A stretch of 64,000 nt of DNA from Polyangiaceae bacterium (GCA_033763455.1 JANRKO010000028.1:96001-160000), one strand, 5' to 3'. Shown: positions 10,465 to 20,328, counted from the first letter of the stretch. Notes: generated from the letters alone by a model not told the origin. Numbers and translations are program-made.

Positions 10465-13400
10465 TTGCAATCGGTGGGTTCTGTCGTACAAGGGTCGAGT
10501 GAACAACCGTTGGGGCATGTGAAGGTGGCGTTCGAAAAACGGAGCTACGTAAGGCCATCCAGTTCCTCGGGCGTTTTGAGGGTTACGGATCGTGCGCGAG
10601 CTCTCGTTGCGCCCCGTCACGGCGTGTACTTCTACCAAGACTCTAACGAGCTTGTGGAGGTCGTTGCGAAGTTCGTCATAGTGTCACTTTCGGGCGGGGT
10701 GCCAGCCGTACTGATTGCCACGTCTGAGCATCTGGTGGGCGTGACACGGCACCTGGCACAAGCCGGCTACGACCCGAGTGAGCTCGAAGCTCGGCGCATG
10801 CTGACGCTCCTCAATGCGCGGGACACCTTAAAAAGCATCGCGGTGGATGGGAAGCCGCACGCGCAGCGTTTGACTGCACTTGTGGGTGGGGTCTTGGAAG
10901 AGGTTCGCAAGCATTCCCAACAACCATGTCTGTCGTTGTACGGGGAGATGGTGGATATCTTGTGGAGCGAGGGGCGTCGCGAAGCGGCGTTGCGCCTCGA
11001 AGATCTTTGGAATCGCCTCCAGGAAACATCGCGCTTGAACCTCCTTTGCGGCTACGCAACCTCCGCTGGTGAGCACGTCGGGGACGCACGCATTCGGTGC
11101 TTGCATGACCACCTCCTGCAATTGGCGCCGGGTGGCGAGGCGGGGCTGTTGCTAACGACCCCGAACGATTCGGAGAGTGACGTTTCGCTGAGAGGATCTC
11201 TTCGGGAGTTTTGGCTGAAGGAAGACGCTCTTCGAAGCAATGAAGTTCAATTGCAGTTTATTGTGAATGCTTTGCCCGTCTTGGTGTCTTACGTCGATGC
11301 CAATGAGCGCTTTCGGTTGGCCAATCACCGTTATGAAGAGTGGTTTGGTTTGGCGGGGCGCGGAACACCCGGCAAGCACTTGAAAGATGTCGTCGGCGGC
11401 GATGCTTACGAACAGATGCGCCCCCACGTTGAGCGCGCGTTGAGTGGGCAGATGGTGGTTCACGAGCAGACACTCCCGATCCCAACCGGTGGCCAGCGCT
11501 CGGCGGAAGCCACATATATTCCCCACCTTGGGGAAAATGGTGAAGTTCACGGCCTCGTCACCTTGGTCGCCGATATCTCCGAACGCAAAGCGCTTGAATC
11601 CGCGCGAGTTGCTGTTGCACTCAGGACTGAGCGCCTGATGAAAGTCGCTACCGCCTTGGCGGAAGCCATCACGCCGGATGAGGTCTACTCGGCCATCGTC
11701 TCACAAACGTCCTTCGTGCTGAACGCCTCTTCATCGGGCCTTTGGCTGTGCGACACTTCGGACCCCAACCTCATCCACCTGGTCCGGGGCTTTGGGTACA
11801 CTCCTTCCAGCGAAGCCGCCCTTTTGAGCCTCAGGCTTGACGCGAAAGACCGAACGCCGGTCTCGGATGCTCTAACGAACGGCGTGCCCGTTTGGATACC
11901 TTCTCAAGCGCACCTTCTTGAACTCTATCCGCATCTTTCAGGACTAGTTACAAAGGGACGCTCCTATGGTATCGCCGCTCTGCCCCTGGTGGCGCAGAGC
12001 GGGAAGCTGGGTGCGTTGGCGTTCACGTTCGACGGAACTCTCACGCTGGACGAAGAAGGGAAAACGTTGCTGCGCCTGGTGGCGCACTACTGCACTCAGG
12101 CGCTGGAACGCTTGCGGATGTTGGAAACGGAGCGCCAGGCCCGGGCTGAGGCTGCAGCTTCAGCATCGCGACTATCCCTGCTCAGCCGAGCTTCCAAAGT
12201 CTTCTTAGAGCCGAAGCCAGATCTTCAGGCCGTACTCGGGCACGTAGCAGCGGCCGTCACGGTAGAGCATGCAAGTGCTTGCGCCATCCATTTACTCTCC
12301 GAAAATGGGCGTGAGCTTGTGCTCCACGCCCTGCGCGAGCGCAGCGCTTTAGAGGATCACGGCGGGCCATCCGTATGGCTTTCGGATGCAGTGCGGATTG
12401 GAGAGGGGTTCATGGGATCGGGCGCTGCTTTCGGCGGAGCTTTGACGCGCGCGAGCTTGTTGGTGGTTCCGCTTCGCGTTCGCGGGGAGTTTTTGGGGAT
12501 ACTGAGTGCTAATCGCGCAGGGGAAGCGCCTGCCTTCTCGCTCCACGATCGGCATTTGATGGAGGAGCTAGCCGACCGCACGGCGCTCGCGATTGAGAGC
12601 AACCGTCTCTATTCGGAAAGCAAACAAGCTCAGCTGCGCGCCGAGCTACTCTACGAAATGGCAGGAGCCGTGATTCGTGCCGAGTGTGTGGAGGACGTCT
12701 ACGACGCAGCGCTCCACGCTATTGAAAGGGCGCTGGGCGCCCCACGCTCCGCGATCTTAGGATCTGATGAGCACGGAAAGATGCGGTTCAAGCGGTGGCG
12801 GGGCCTTTCGGACTCCTATCGCGCGGCCGTTGATGGTCACTCGCCGTGGGAAAAAGACGCGAGGGGCGCCCGACCCATTCTTGTGCCCAACGTGTTTGAG
12901 GACGCGAGCATGGCAAGTTACGCCCACGTTTTCGCGGCCGAGCACATCGGCGCATTGGCCTTCATTCCGCTCCAGGCACCGGTTCAGGCCGGGGGCAAGT
13001 TGATTGGAAAATTCATGGTCTATTACCCGGCACCACGGGTTCTCAGTACGGCTGAAATTGAAATGGCGCAGGCCATCGCCCACCACGTGGCTTCCGCCAT
13101 GACACGTTTTGCCGCGCTCGGTGAGTTGAAGAAGACCGTCCACTTCAACGAAATGTTCACGGGAATTCTTGGTCATGATCTCAGAAATCCACTCTCAGGA
13201 ATCATGTCCGCGGCACAGCTCATGGCTATTCGCGAGCAAGGGGAGCACATTCAAAAGCCCCTAAATCTTATCTTGTCCAGTGGCACGCGGATGGCTCGAA
13301 TGATCGATCAGCTGCTCGATTTCACGCGCGTTCGCCTGGAGGCTGGCATTCCGCTGAAATTGGCCGAATGCGACTTGCTAGGGATCTTGCGCCAGACGCT

Positions 13401-13818
13401 GGATGAGCTGCAGGGCGCGAGTTCGGCGCACCGCTTTGTAGTCGATAATTTGGCGCAAGAAACCACTGGGCGCTGGGACGCGGACCGCCTGTCTCAGGTG
13501 TTTTCAAATTTGCTCGCGAATGCCGCACGTCACGGCGCGCCGGGTCAACGCGTGCGCGTCGCCGTCCGTGAAATCGAGAGCGGTCTTCGTGTGGATGTGC
13601 ACAACCACGGCTCAATCCCCCCGGAGCTTCTACCGAGGATCTTTGAGCCCCTTGTTACCGTTGGAAGGGCTGGAGGGGAGGGCTTGGGCCTCGGTCTACA
13701 TATCGCCCAGGAAATCGTGAAGGCGCATCGTGGGCGAATTGAAGTGCGCTCAAGTTCCGAGGAAGGCACGACGTTCAGCGTTTACCTGCCGCGGGTGCTA
13801 CGATCGGATCTTGCGTAG
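10465..13818 (+). CDS. Cytoplasmic sensor histidine kinase: MEDS-PAS-GAFx3-HisKA-HATPase (start uncertain)
   Basis: MEDS (HGVYFYQD..YGEMVDILW..LEDLWNRL..LLCGY), PAS, GAF repeats, LGHDLRNPL, NLLANA, GLGLGL. Confidence 0.88.
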   Translation: MQSVGSVVQGSSEQPLGHVKVAFEKRSYVRPSSSSGVLRVTDRARALVAPRHGVYFYQDSNELVEVVAKFVIVSLSGGVPAVLIATSEHLVGVTRHLAQAGYDPSELEARRMLTLLNARDTLKSIAVDGKPHAQRLTALVGGVLEEVRKHSQQPCLSLYGEMVDILWSEGRREAALRLEDLWNRLQETSRLNLLCGYATSAGEHVGDARIRCLHDHLLQLAPGGEAGLLLTTPNDSESDVSLRGSLREFWLKEDALRSNEVQLQFIVNALPVLVSYVDANERFRLANHRYEEWFGLAGRGTPGKHLKDVVGGDAYEQMRPHVERALSGQMVVHEQTLPIPTGGQRSAEATYIPHLGENGEVHGLVTLVADISERKALESARVAVALRTERLMKVATALAEAITPDEVYSAIVSQTSFVLNASSSGLWLCDTSDPNLIHLVRGFGYTPSSEAALLSLRLDAKDRTPVSDALTNGVPVWIPSQAHLLELYPHLSGLVTKGRSYGIAALPLVAQSGKLGALAFTFDGTLTLDEEGKTLLRLVAHYCTQALERLRMLETERQARAEAAASASRLSLLSRASKVFLEPKPDLQAVLGHVAAAVTVEHASACAIHLLSENGRELVLHALRERSALEDHGGPSVWLSDAVRIGEGFMGSGAAFGGALTRASLLVVPLRVRGEFLGILSANRAGEAPAFSLHDRHLMEELADRTALAIESNRLYSESKQAQLRAELLYEMAGAVIRAECVEDVYDAALHAIERALGAPRSAILGSDEHGKMRFKRWRGLSDSYRAAVDGHSPWEKDARGARPILVPNVFEDASMASYAHVFAAEHIGALAFIPLQAPVQAGGKLIGKFMVYYPAPRVLSTAEIEMAQAIAHHVASAMTRFAALGELKKTVHFNEMFTGILGHDLRNPLSGIMSAAQLMAIREQGEHIQKPLNLILSSGTRMARMIDQLLDFTRVRLEAGIPLKLAECDLLGILRQTLDELQGASSAHRFVVDNLAQETTGRWDADRLSQVFSNLLANAARHGAPGQRVRVAVREIESGLRVDVHNHGSIPPELLPRIFEPLVTVGRAGGEGLGLGLHIAQEIVKAHRGRIEVRSSSEEGTTFSVYLPRVLRSDLA

Positions 13819-13845
13819 CAACAAACCCAGCCGAAGATTCCTGAG

Positions 13846-14457
13846 TCAACCCCTGTCGGAGGGTAGGTCCCCTCGGTTTGGCGGCCCCTTTTCTACCAGA
13901 TGAGGGTTCATGGTGTAATCAAGCGCAGAGCTCACAGCCGTGGCCGGTACCGCCTGCTGAAGCGCGTCCGCAACGGGATCGATTCGGTCTCGCACGTTCG
14001 GCAGATCGCGACGCAGCTCTTCGAGCAGAGCAATGATCTTCCCTGTGCGCTGCTCAGCCAGCAAATTCACCTGCAATTCCAAGTGCGCATTGCGCTCCGC
14101 CTCCTTGCTCTGACGGTTCTGCGTTATCAGAACGATCGTGGTCATGATGGCCGCGTACAGAGTGACAATGCCTTGCAGGTAGAAGTATGGCGGGGAGTCG
14201 AAAGGACGAGCGCCCTTCAGCTCTAGCGAATGGTTGTAGATTGTCCAAATCAGGACGCCGGCTATGAGCGCGTACAGGGTACGTGGCTTGCCAAGGAAGC
14301 CTGTCACTGACTCCACTGCACGCTGGCCGCGCTGCACACGCCGCGCCGCCGCCTGGTGCAAGGCGTGCACCGCTTGGATATTATCGTACACGTGCTCGGG
14401 GACGGTATTGCCATCCGCTTTGGGCGCGGGCGAGCTTGGGTTAACCAGGGGTGTCAA
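13846..14457 (-). CDS. DUF1003 membrane protein
   Basis: FDSPPYFYLQG..LITQNRQ..LELQVNLLAE. Confidence 0.85.
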   Translation of the reverse strand: MTPLVNPSSPAPKADGNTVPEHVYDNIQAVHALHQAAARRVQRGQRAVESVTGFLGKPRTLYALIAGVLIWTIYNHSLELKGARPFDSPPYFYLQGIVTLYAAIMTTIVLITQNRQSKEAERNAHLELQVNLLAEQRTGKIIALLEELRRDLPNVRDRIDPVADALQQAVPATAVSSALDYTMNPHLVEKGPPNRGDLPSDRG

Positions 14458-14476
14458 AACAACTCCACCTCAGCGG

Positions 14477-14492
14477 AGCAAGTTCCGAGCCA
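14477..14492 (-). promoter_or_regulatory. sigma54-type promoter for DUF1003 gene
   Basis: Minus strand TGGCTC-GGAAC-TTGCT. Confidence 0.65.
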
Positions 14493-14576
14493 GCGCTTTC
14501 GCAAGGTCCGTTATGTCCGGTAACCCCTCCACACCGGTAGCGTGTTGGGGGCGCCGGATCCCATTGGTCTGTACCT

Positions 14577-14592
14577 TGGCACGCGCCCTGCT
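14577..14592 (+). promoter_or_regulatory. sigma54-type promoter for ku/ligD operon
   Basis: TGGCAC-GCGCC-CTGCT; ATG 14605 is 14 nt after the -12 C. Confidence 0.75.
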
Positions 14593-14604
14593 TGAGAGAG
14601 CCTC

Positions 14605-16341
14605 ATGGCTCGAGCGATTTGGACCGGCAGTGTAGGGTTTGCGGCAGGCTTACCCGGTGAGGCATTCTTGCTGGATGGCGAGCTGGTGGCACTCAATGAA
14701 CGAGGGGTGAGTGACTTTCAGGTGCTTCAGCATTCACTGAAGGTTAAAAGCGATAGCGAGCTCTGCTATTTCGCCTTCGATCTATTGCACTTGAATGGAA
14801 CAAATACCCGCGGTTTCTCTCTCCTCCAACGCAAGGAGCTTCTAAGAGCTTTGCTCGCCAAGCGGGGTTCGAAAAACGCACCGCTCATCCGCTTGAGCGA
14901 CCACGTTACGGGAGGTGGGCCTGAGTTCTTCTTGAAGACCTGCGAAGAGAAGCTCGAAGGCATTATCAGCAAACGCGCGCTTAGCCCTTACCGCTCCGGC
15001 CGCGGTCGGGACTGGCTGAAAGTCAAATGCCTGATGCGCCAGGAGTTGGTGGTTGTTGGGTTCACCGAGCCTAAAGGTGGGCGCAGCCACCTGGGTGCAC
15101 TACTCCTTGGCGTGTGGAGGGGTGCGGAGCTTGTGTACGTGGGCCGCGTGGGAACGGGGTTCAGTGAGCGGACGCTCCTAGAGCTCCACAGCCGCCTCTC
15201 GCATCTCGTCATAGAAAAGTCTGCCGTGAAGCACCAACTGCCGCGAGCTCAATTGCGCGAAGTTAGCTGGGTTCAGCCGAAGCTTGTAGCCGAAGTGGGT
15301 TTTACGGGGTTTACGTCTGACGGCCTGCTTCGACACCCGACATTTGTCGGCCTCCGGGAAGACAAAGAGGCGGAAGAAGTTCATCTGGAAACAGCGGCTA
15401 CAAACGGCCCCAATTCCGCCGCAGGCCTGGGCGCCTCCCCGCCCAAACGGCCCGAGAAGGCGGCCGTCTCAAGCGATACGGGCTACGTCATCACCCATCC
15501 TGATAAGCTCCTTTATCACGACGCTAAGATTACCAAGCGCGAACTGCTGGATTACTACGGCCTTGTTGGAGAGCGCATGCTGCCACATCTGGCTCGGCGG
15601 CCTCTTACACTGGTGCGATGTCCCAACGGGCAAGGGCAACCGTGTTTCTTCCAGAAACACTTCGCCCAAGGCGCGCCACCCGGAGTTCACTCCATCTCGG
15701 GTAGCGATGGCAACGAGCCGTATCCCTTTGTCGAAAGTGAGGAAGGCCTGTTTGGGCTCGCGCAACTGGGAGCTCTAGAAATCCACACGTGGGGATCACG
15801 TGTGGATAATCTCGAACATCCAGACATCCTGGTTTTCGATTTGGATCCTGATCCGGAGCTCCCCTTCCAAGCGGTGATAGAAGCGGCGAAGGAATTGCGA
15901 GCCGTGTTCGCTACGGCCAAGCTCGAAAGCTTCGTGAAAACCACTGGCGGTAAAGGGCTACACGTGTGTCTACCTGTGGCGCCGAGCTTAGATTGGAAAG
16001 AAGCCAAGACCTTTTCGGGGGAGGTTGCCCACGCGCTTGTTGCTCAGTCACCCAAGCGTTACGTCGCGACCCAATCGAAATCCAAACGTACGGGCAAGAT
16101 ATTCATTGATTATCTGCGAAATGGGCGTGGCGCCACATTCGTCGCCCCATATTCTACGAGGGCGAGGCCAAACGCGCCTGTGGCTATGCCGCTTGAGTGG
16201 GAAGAGCTAACGCCCAAGCTGCGTGCCGATCAATTCACTCTGAGAAATGTGAGAGAGCGTCTTAAAGAAGCGGACCCGTTTGCACGTCTCTTTCAGTGTA
16301 AGCAGCAGTTGCCCGAAGTGAAGAGAGGTTCCCGAGCGTGA
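14605..16341 (+). CDS. ligD: Ku(1-12)::LigD chimera: truncated ATP-dependent ligase domain + OB fold + intact primase-polymerase domain
   Basis: Starts MARAIWTGSVGF (Ku-type N-terminus), then LLDGELV, YFAFDLL, EGIISKR, WLKVK, GRVGTGF, LRHPTF. Pol motifs VFDLDP, KTTGGKGLHV, IFIDYLRN present. Ligase motif I (KxDG) absent. Confidence 0.85.
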   Translation: MARAIWTGSVGFAAGLPGEAFLLDGELVALNERGVSDFQVLQHSLKVKSDSELCYFAFDLLHLNGTNTRGFSLLQRKELLRALLAKRGSKNAPLIRLSDHVTGGGPEFFLKTCEEKLEGIISKRALSPYRSGRGRDWLKVKCLMRQELVVVGFTEPKGGRSHLGALLLGVWRGAELVYVGRVGTGFSERTLLELHSRLSHLVIEKSAVKHQLPRAQLREVSWVQPKLVAEVGFTGFTSDGLLRHPTFVGLREDKEAEEVHLETAATNGPNSAAGLGASPPKRPEKAAVSSDTGYVITHPDKLLYHDAKITKRELLDYYGLVGERMLPHLARRPLTLVRCPNGQGQPCFFQKHFAQGAPPGVHSISGSDGNEPYPFVESEEGLFGLAQLGALEIHTWGSRVDNLEHPDILVFDLDPDPELPFQAVIEAAKELRAVFATAKLESFVKTTGGKGLHVCLPVAPSLDWKEAKTFSGEVAHALVAQSPKRYVATQSKSKRTGKIFIDYLRNGRGATFVAPYSTRARPNAPVAMPLEWEELTPKLRADQFTLRNVRERLKEADPFARLFQCKQQLPEVKRGSRA

Positions 16342-17498
16342 ACGTTGTCTTTCTCTCGCCTGGTTTCCCGCCCACTGCGGCGTCCTTCTGTGCTGCTCTA
16401 AAAGCGAAGGGCGTGAAGGTGCTTGGCATTGGGGACATGCCGCTCGCACCCGGTAGCCGAGAAGCGGCGGCTTTAGCGGACTATGTGTTGGAGCCCGACA
16501 TGGGCAACTATCAGATGCTCAAGGCTGCCGTCGAGCGCCTCTGCGAACGCCACGGCCCAATCGATCGCATCGAATCCGATGGTGAGCATTGGCTTGAGGC
16601 AGGATCCCGCCTGCGGGATGACTTTGACGTTCCAGGCATCCGCAGTGCTGAGCTCCGCCGCCAGCGGAGTAAGCTCGGTATGGCTGAAATATTTTCAAGC
16701 GCGGGCATCGCGACGCCGCCGGGCGTCCGGGCAGAATCACCCGAAGAGGTGCGTGATTTCGCAAGAAAATACGAATTCCCGCTCGTGTTTAAGCCAGATA
16801 CGGGTTCAGGCGCGGCGGATACCTTCAGCGTCGAGAACGGCAGGGAGCTGGAGCGGGCTTTGGCACAAGTGCGCGAAGGTTACGTGGTGCAGCCTTTTGT
16901 TCACGGTGACATCGTAACCTACGATGGCTTAGCCGATCGCGATGGGAACGTTGTCTTTTACACGTCGCACACCTACGACACGGGCATCATGCAGGTGCGG
17001 CTTGGGCAGCTGGACGGTTACTACTATTCCCTGCGCGAAGTTCCGGCTGCTCTGGAGCAAGTGGGCCGGGCCGCGGTGCGGGCATTCGGTGTCCGAGAGC
17101 GCTTTTTTCACGTGGAATTTTTCGCCCAGCCCAACGGTAGCTACGTGGCGCTCGAGATGAATTTGAGGCCGCCGGGTGGTTTTACCACAGACATGATGAA
17201 TGCCGCATGCGAGTTTGACGTGTATGCACTCTGGGCGGGCGTTTTGACGGGCGATGTCCACGGCGCCGTTGCGTACGAACGCAAGTTTCACACGGCTCAC
17301 GCTGGGCGGCGACGTGAGCGCAACTACCGAGTGAGCCACAGCACACTCGTTGAGACACTTGGCCCCATGTTGATTGCGTCTCGACCCATCCCCGCGGCAT
17401 TTGCCGTCACGATGGGAGATTGGATGTACCTCTTGCGAGATGCGGACCTTCCTGTACTAAAGCGCACCATCGCCTTGGTGCACGCCCTCGTCTCATGA
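16338..17498 (+). CDS. ATP-grasp domain protein
   Basis: FLSPGFP, KPDTGSGA, FFHVEFF, LEMNLRPPGG; GTGA overlap with ligD stop. Confidence 0.85.
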   Translation: MNVVFLSPGFPPTAASFCAALKAKGVKVLGIGDMPLAPGSREAAALADYVLEPDMGNYQMLKAAVERLCERHGPIDRIESDGEHWLEAGSRLRDDFDVPGIRSAELRRQRSKLGMAEIFSSAGIATPPGVRAESPEEVRDFARKYEFPLVFKPDTGSGAADTFSVENGRELERALAQVREGYVVQPFVHGDIVTYDGLADRDGNVVFYTSHTYDTGIMQVRLGQLDGYYYSLREVPAALEQVGRAAVRAFGVRERFFHVEFFAQPNGSYVALEMNLRPPGGFTTDMMNAACEFDVYALWAGVLTGDVHGAVAYERKFHTAHAGRRRERNYRVSHSTLVETLGPMLIASRPIPAAFAVTMGDWMYLLRDADLPVLKRTIALVHALVS

Positions 17499-18367
17499 GC
17501 TTTCGGTATTTCAGACCGTGGATGACTCCACACGCTGTCATTCTTTGCGCCGCCGCGTGGGCGTGTGCCGGCACAACGAGCAAGGAGCAAGCACTCACGG
17601 CGTCCGAACGCTTGGCAAGCGCTGAGTTCGCTTCCTCCGGCAGCGTGCAGGCGCAACCTGAGATGAATGGGGCACGTGAGCCCGCGGACATTCGTGAGGC
17701 CTTTTCAGAGTTGCCTGTTCCCGGGTTTTTGAACGCCGTCTTCTATACTCCCCCGGGTAGCGGTGTGCACCCGCTGGTGGTTGCCAGCCACGGCGCCGGT
17801 GGGGCACCGCGTGATGAATGCGAATACTGGTTGAAGCTTACGCGCCAGCAAGCCTTCCTGCTTTGCTTGCGTGGAGTCCCATTTGGCAAAGCCCACCCGA
17901 CGGCATTCTTTTACCGAAACCATCTCGAGTTAGGCCGGGAACTCAAGGCGGCGCTGGAAGCGGCAAAGGCCCGCCAGGGACGGAGATTTGCTCAGAAGTC
18001 CGGGATTTATGCCGGATTTTCGCAAGGCGCGATCATGGCTGTCGGAATGATCCCGCCCTTCGGTAGTGACCTGCCGTACCTGGTTCTGATCGAAGGCGGG
18101 TACCAATATTGGAGTGTGGCGCACGCACGGCAGTTCGCAAAAGCAGGCGGCAAGCGTGTGCTCATTGCATGTGGCACGGAGGTTTGTGCGAAGCGCGGGG
18201 CCGAAGCTGTGGTGTGGTTGAGGCAGGGAGGGCTGGAGGCGCGCATGGCATACGCTGAGGGTGCAGGGCACACTCCATTCGGCCAAGTCGAAGAGGAAGT
18301 GGCCCGTGCGCTGCCCTGGGTGGTGAACGGAGCCGGGTGGTCGGGGCACGCTTTCACACGTCCTTAG
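17495..18367 (+). CDS. Alpha/beta-hydrolase-fold probable lipoprotein
   Basis: ATGA overlap; AAWAC lipobox-like; SHGAGG, GFSQG nucleophile elbow, GAGH. Confidence 0.7.
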   Translation: MSFRYFRPWMTPHAVILCAAAWACAGTTSKEQALTASERLASAEFASSGSVQAQPEMNGAREPADIREAFSELPVPGFLNAVFYTPPGSGVHPLVVASHGAGGAPRDECEYWLKLTRQQAFLLCLRGVPFGKAHPTAFFYRNHLELGRELKAALEAAKARQGRRFAQKSGIYAGFSQGAIMAVGMIPPFGSDLPYLVLIEGGYQYWSVAHARQFAKAGGKRVLIACGTEVCAKRGAEAVVWLRQGGLEARMAYAEGAGHTPFGQVEEEVARALPWVVNGAGWSGHAFTRP

Positions 18368-18441
18368 CCAGCGAGGTCATCTGCCTCGCGCTCGGGGCGT
18401 GGTGCTTGGGAAGGCATGCGCATGGTGGCGCAACACTGTGC

Positions 18442-18457
18442 TGGCGCAAAACATGCA
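18442..18457 (+). promoter_or_regulatory. sigma54-type promoter
   Basis: TGGCGC-AAAAC-ATGCA; ATG 18470 is 14 nt after the -12 C. Confidence 0.65.
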
Positions 18458-18469
18458 TAAGTTCTTGGC

Positions 18470-19570
18470 ATGGAAGCTATGCATAACACTAAAGTCAGGT
18501 ATGCAGTTGTCGGGGCCGGGAACATCGCACAAGTTGCGGTGTTGCCCGCCTTCGCGCATGCGGAGGAAAACTCGGAGTTGGTTGCGCTGATTTCGAGCGA
18601 TGCCAACAAGCGCGATGAGCTTTGTGAGAAGTACAACCTTCAGCTAGCGGGCGATTACACACAGCTCGAAAAGGTTTTCGAGAAGGGAAAGATTGACGCG
18701 GTGTATATTGCCACACCCAATACGCTCCACAGGGAGCACACCCTCCGAGCGGCGGCGCGGGGTGTGCACGTGCTTTGCGAGAAACCGCTCGCGCCGACTG
18801 TGGCCGCCTGCGATGCGATGGCGAGAGCGTGCTCCAAGAACGGCGTGAAGCTGATGGTCGCTTATCGCCTCCATTTCGAGGAGGCGACACTGACGGCACT
18901 GAACTTGATTCACCAAGGAAAAATAGGCGAAGTTCGTGTTTTCGATTCCGTCTTCAGCCACGTGGTTCGCCCCGGGGACATTCGCTTACGCCCAGAAACC
19001 GGAGGCGGCGCCTGCCTGGACCTCGGTGTCTACTGCATCAATGCTGCGCGCCACGTTTTTCACGAGGAGCCGATTTGGGTATCAGCTGTAACCCACGAAA
19101 AGGATGGGGTCGATGACACCACGACGGCAGTTATGCGTTTCCCGAACGGTGGTGTGGCGCAATTTACCGTGAGCAACAGCTTGGCCTCCACCTCAAGCTA
19201 CCGAGTTCTCGGCACCCAGGGGGATTTGCGATTGGAGCCCGCTTATGAGTACGCCGAAGGCTTGGAGCAATACCTTACAACCAACGAGAAGACTCGGCAC
19301 ACATCCTTCGCGAGTCGCGATCAGTTCGCGCCGCAGCTGATTCATTTCTCAGACGCTATCTTAAATGGTACCGAACCCAGGCCTTCTGCCGCTGAGGGTC
19401 TCGCTGATATTCGGGTCGTCGAGGCAATCCTTGAATCGGCTAAGTTGGGCAGGCCCGTCGAGCTTCCGCTACGCAAGCCGCGGTATCAGCCGAGTCAAGA
19501 TCAAGAAATGAGGAAGCCGGCCACAAAGAAACAAGAGCCCATAAGTGCTCCATCCCCCAGCCTGAAATAG
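18470..19570 (+). CDS. Gfo/Idh/MocA oxidoreductase (glucose-fructose oxidoreductase-like)
   Basis: VVGAGNIA, DAVYIATPN..H, HVLCEKP, GGGACLDLGVY. Confidence 0.92.
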   Translation: MEAMHNTKVRYAVVGAGNIAQVAVLPAFAHAEENSELVALISSDANKRDELCEKYNLQLAGDYTQLEKVFEKGKIDAVYIATPNTLHREHTLRAAARGVHVLCEKPLAPTVAACDAMARACSKNGVKLMVAYRLHFEEATLTALNLIHQGKIGEVRVFDSVFSHVVRPGDIRLRPETGGGACLDLGVYCINAARHVFHEEPIWVSAVTHEKDGVDDTTTAVMRFPNGGVAQFTVSNSLASTSSYRVLGTQGDLRLEPAYEYAEGLEQYLTTNEKTRHTSFASRDQFAPQLIHFSDAILNGTEPRPSAAEGLADIRVVEAILESAKLGRPVELPLRKPRYQPSQDQEMRKPATKKQEPISAPSPSLK

Positions 19571-19573
19571 CAT

Positions 19574-19753
19574 TCAGCCTGCTCCCTTAGATTGGTCGCT
19601 ACGCCCACACGTGCACTCCTCCGGTGGTGCCCGATGGACGGCACACGTGGGCTCGTGGATCCCTTCGCGCACACAAGCTTCGCACGCGCAATTGAATGCA
19701 GCGTCGTCAGAGTTGGGTTTAACAGGATCGGGCTTCGGTGAGTTGGTTGCCAT
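19574..19753 (-). CDS. Small Cys/His-rich hypothetical protein (59 aa)
   Basis: CACEAC..HEPTCAVH..ECTC; fills the gap downstream of the 20042 gene on the same strand. Confidence 0.5.
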   Translation of the reverse strand: MATNSPKPDPVKPNSDDAAFNCACEACVREGIHEPTCAVHRAPPEECTCGRSDQSKGAG

Positions 19754-19781
19754 GGGTTCGTGCCGGTTGGAGGACTGTGAG

Positions 19782-20042
19782 TCACCGAGCGTCGCGAGGG
19801 CTCGTAAGTAACCCATTGGCCGCACGCGACGACGAACTGAAGTACAAGACCGCGCCGACCACCACGCCAGTTATCAAAACCAAGCAGCAGATCCAAATGG
19901 CGCTTTGCAAACCATCGCTCGCCGCGCGCCGCATTTTTCCACGCTCCTCGGCCTCAGCCTGAGTGGGGTGCGGATGAGCAGGACTCGGCTTAAGAGCATC
20001 CTGCGCCGGTGCCGACGGGCGAAGATCGGAAATGTTGGGCAT
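19782..20042 (-). CDS. Small single-pass membrane protein
   Basis: One hydrophobic helix (IWICCLVLITGVVVGAVLYF); ATG is 13 nt after a sigma54-type element. Confidence 0.6.
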   Translation of the reverse strand: MPNISDLRPSAPAQDALKPSPAHPHPTQAEAEERGKMRRAASDGLQSAIWICCLVLITGVVVGAVLYFSSSSRAANGLLTSPRDAR

Positions 20043-20053
20043 GCAACGCAAGA

Positions 20054-20069
20054 TGCACGTTGTATGCCT
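20054..20069 (-). promoter_or_regulatory. sigma54-type promoter
   Basis: Minus strand AGGCAT-ACAAC-GTGCA. Confidence 0.6.
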
Positions 20070-20283
20070 GTAGCTATGCGCTGTGCGCCCCGGGCCGAGT
20101 GATTGCCAATGCGGGCGACTAGGGAAGGGCAGTGCGAGACGTGTTCACGGAGTCATAGCGTTAATCTAGAAGTGGTGGATTTTGAACTTCGCTACCTCTA
20201 CCATGGTGAAGGGATGCCACGCGCGTGACAAAACGCCACAGGGCGTGGAGCCGAAGCCACCCGTACGGAGTGACACTGGTCGA

Positions 20284-20328
20284 TCACGGGCAACAGCTCA
20301 CGGGCAACCACGCACCGTCACGGCGCAC
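20284..20328. repeat. Short direct repeats TCACGGGCAAC x2 plus degenerate third copy
   Basis: Copies at 20284, 20298 and 20318 (TCACGGCGCAC). Confidence 0.65.

Noticed and set aside
20168..20225. tRNA-like fragment on the minus strand (..CATGGTAGAGGTAGCGAAGTTCAAAATCC..)
   Set aside because: T-stem and acceptor stem do not pair; no D-arm or CCA.
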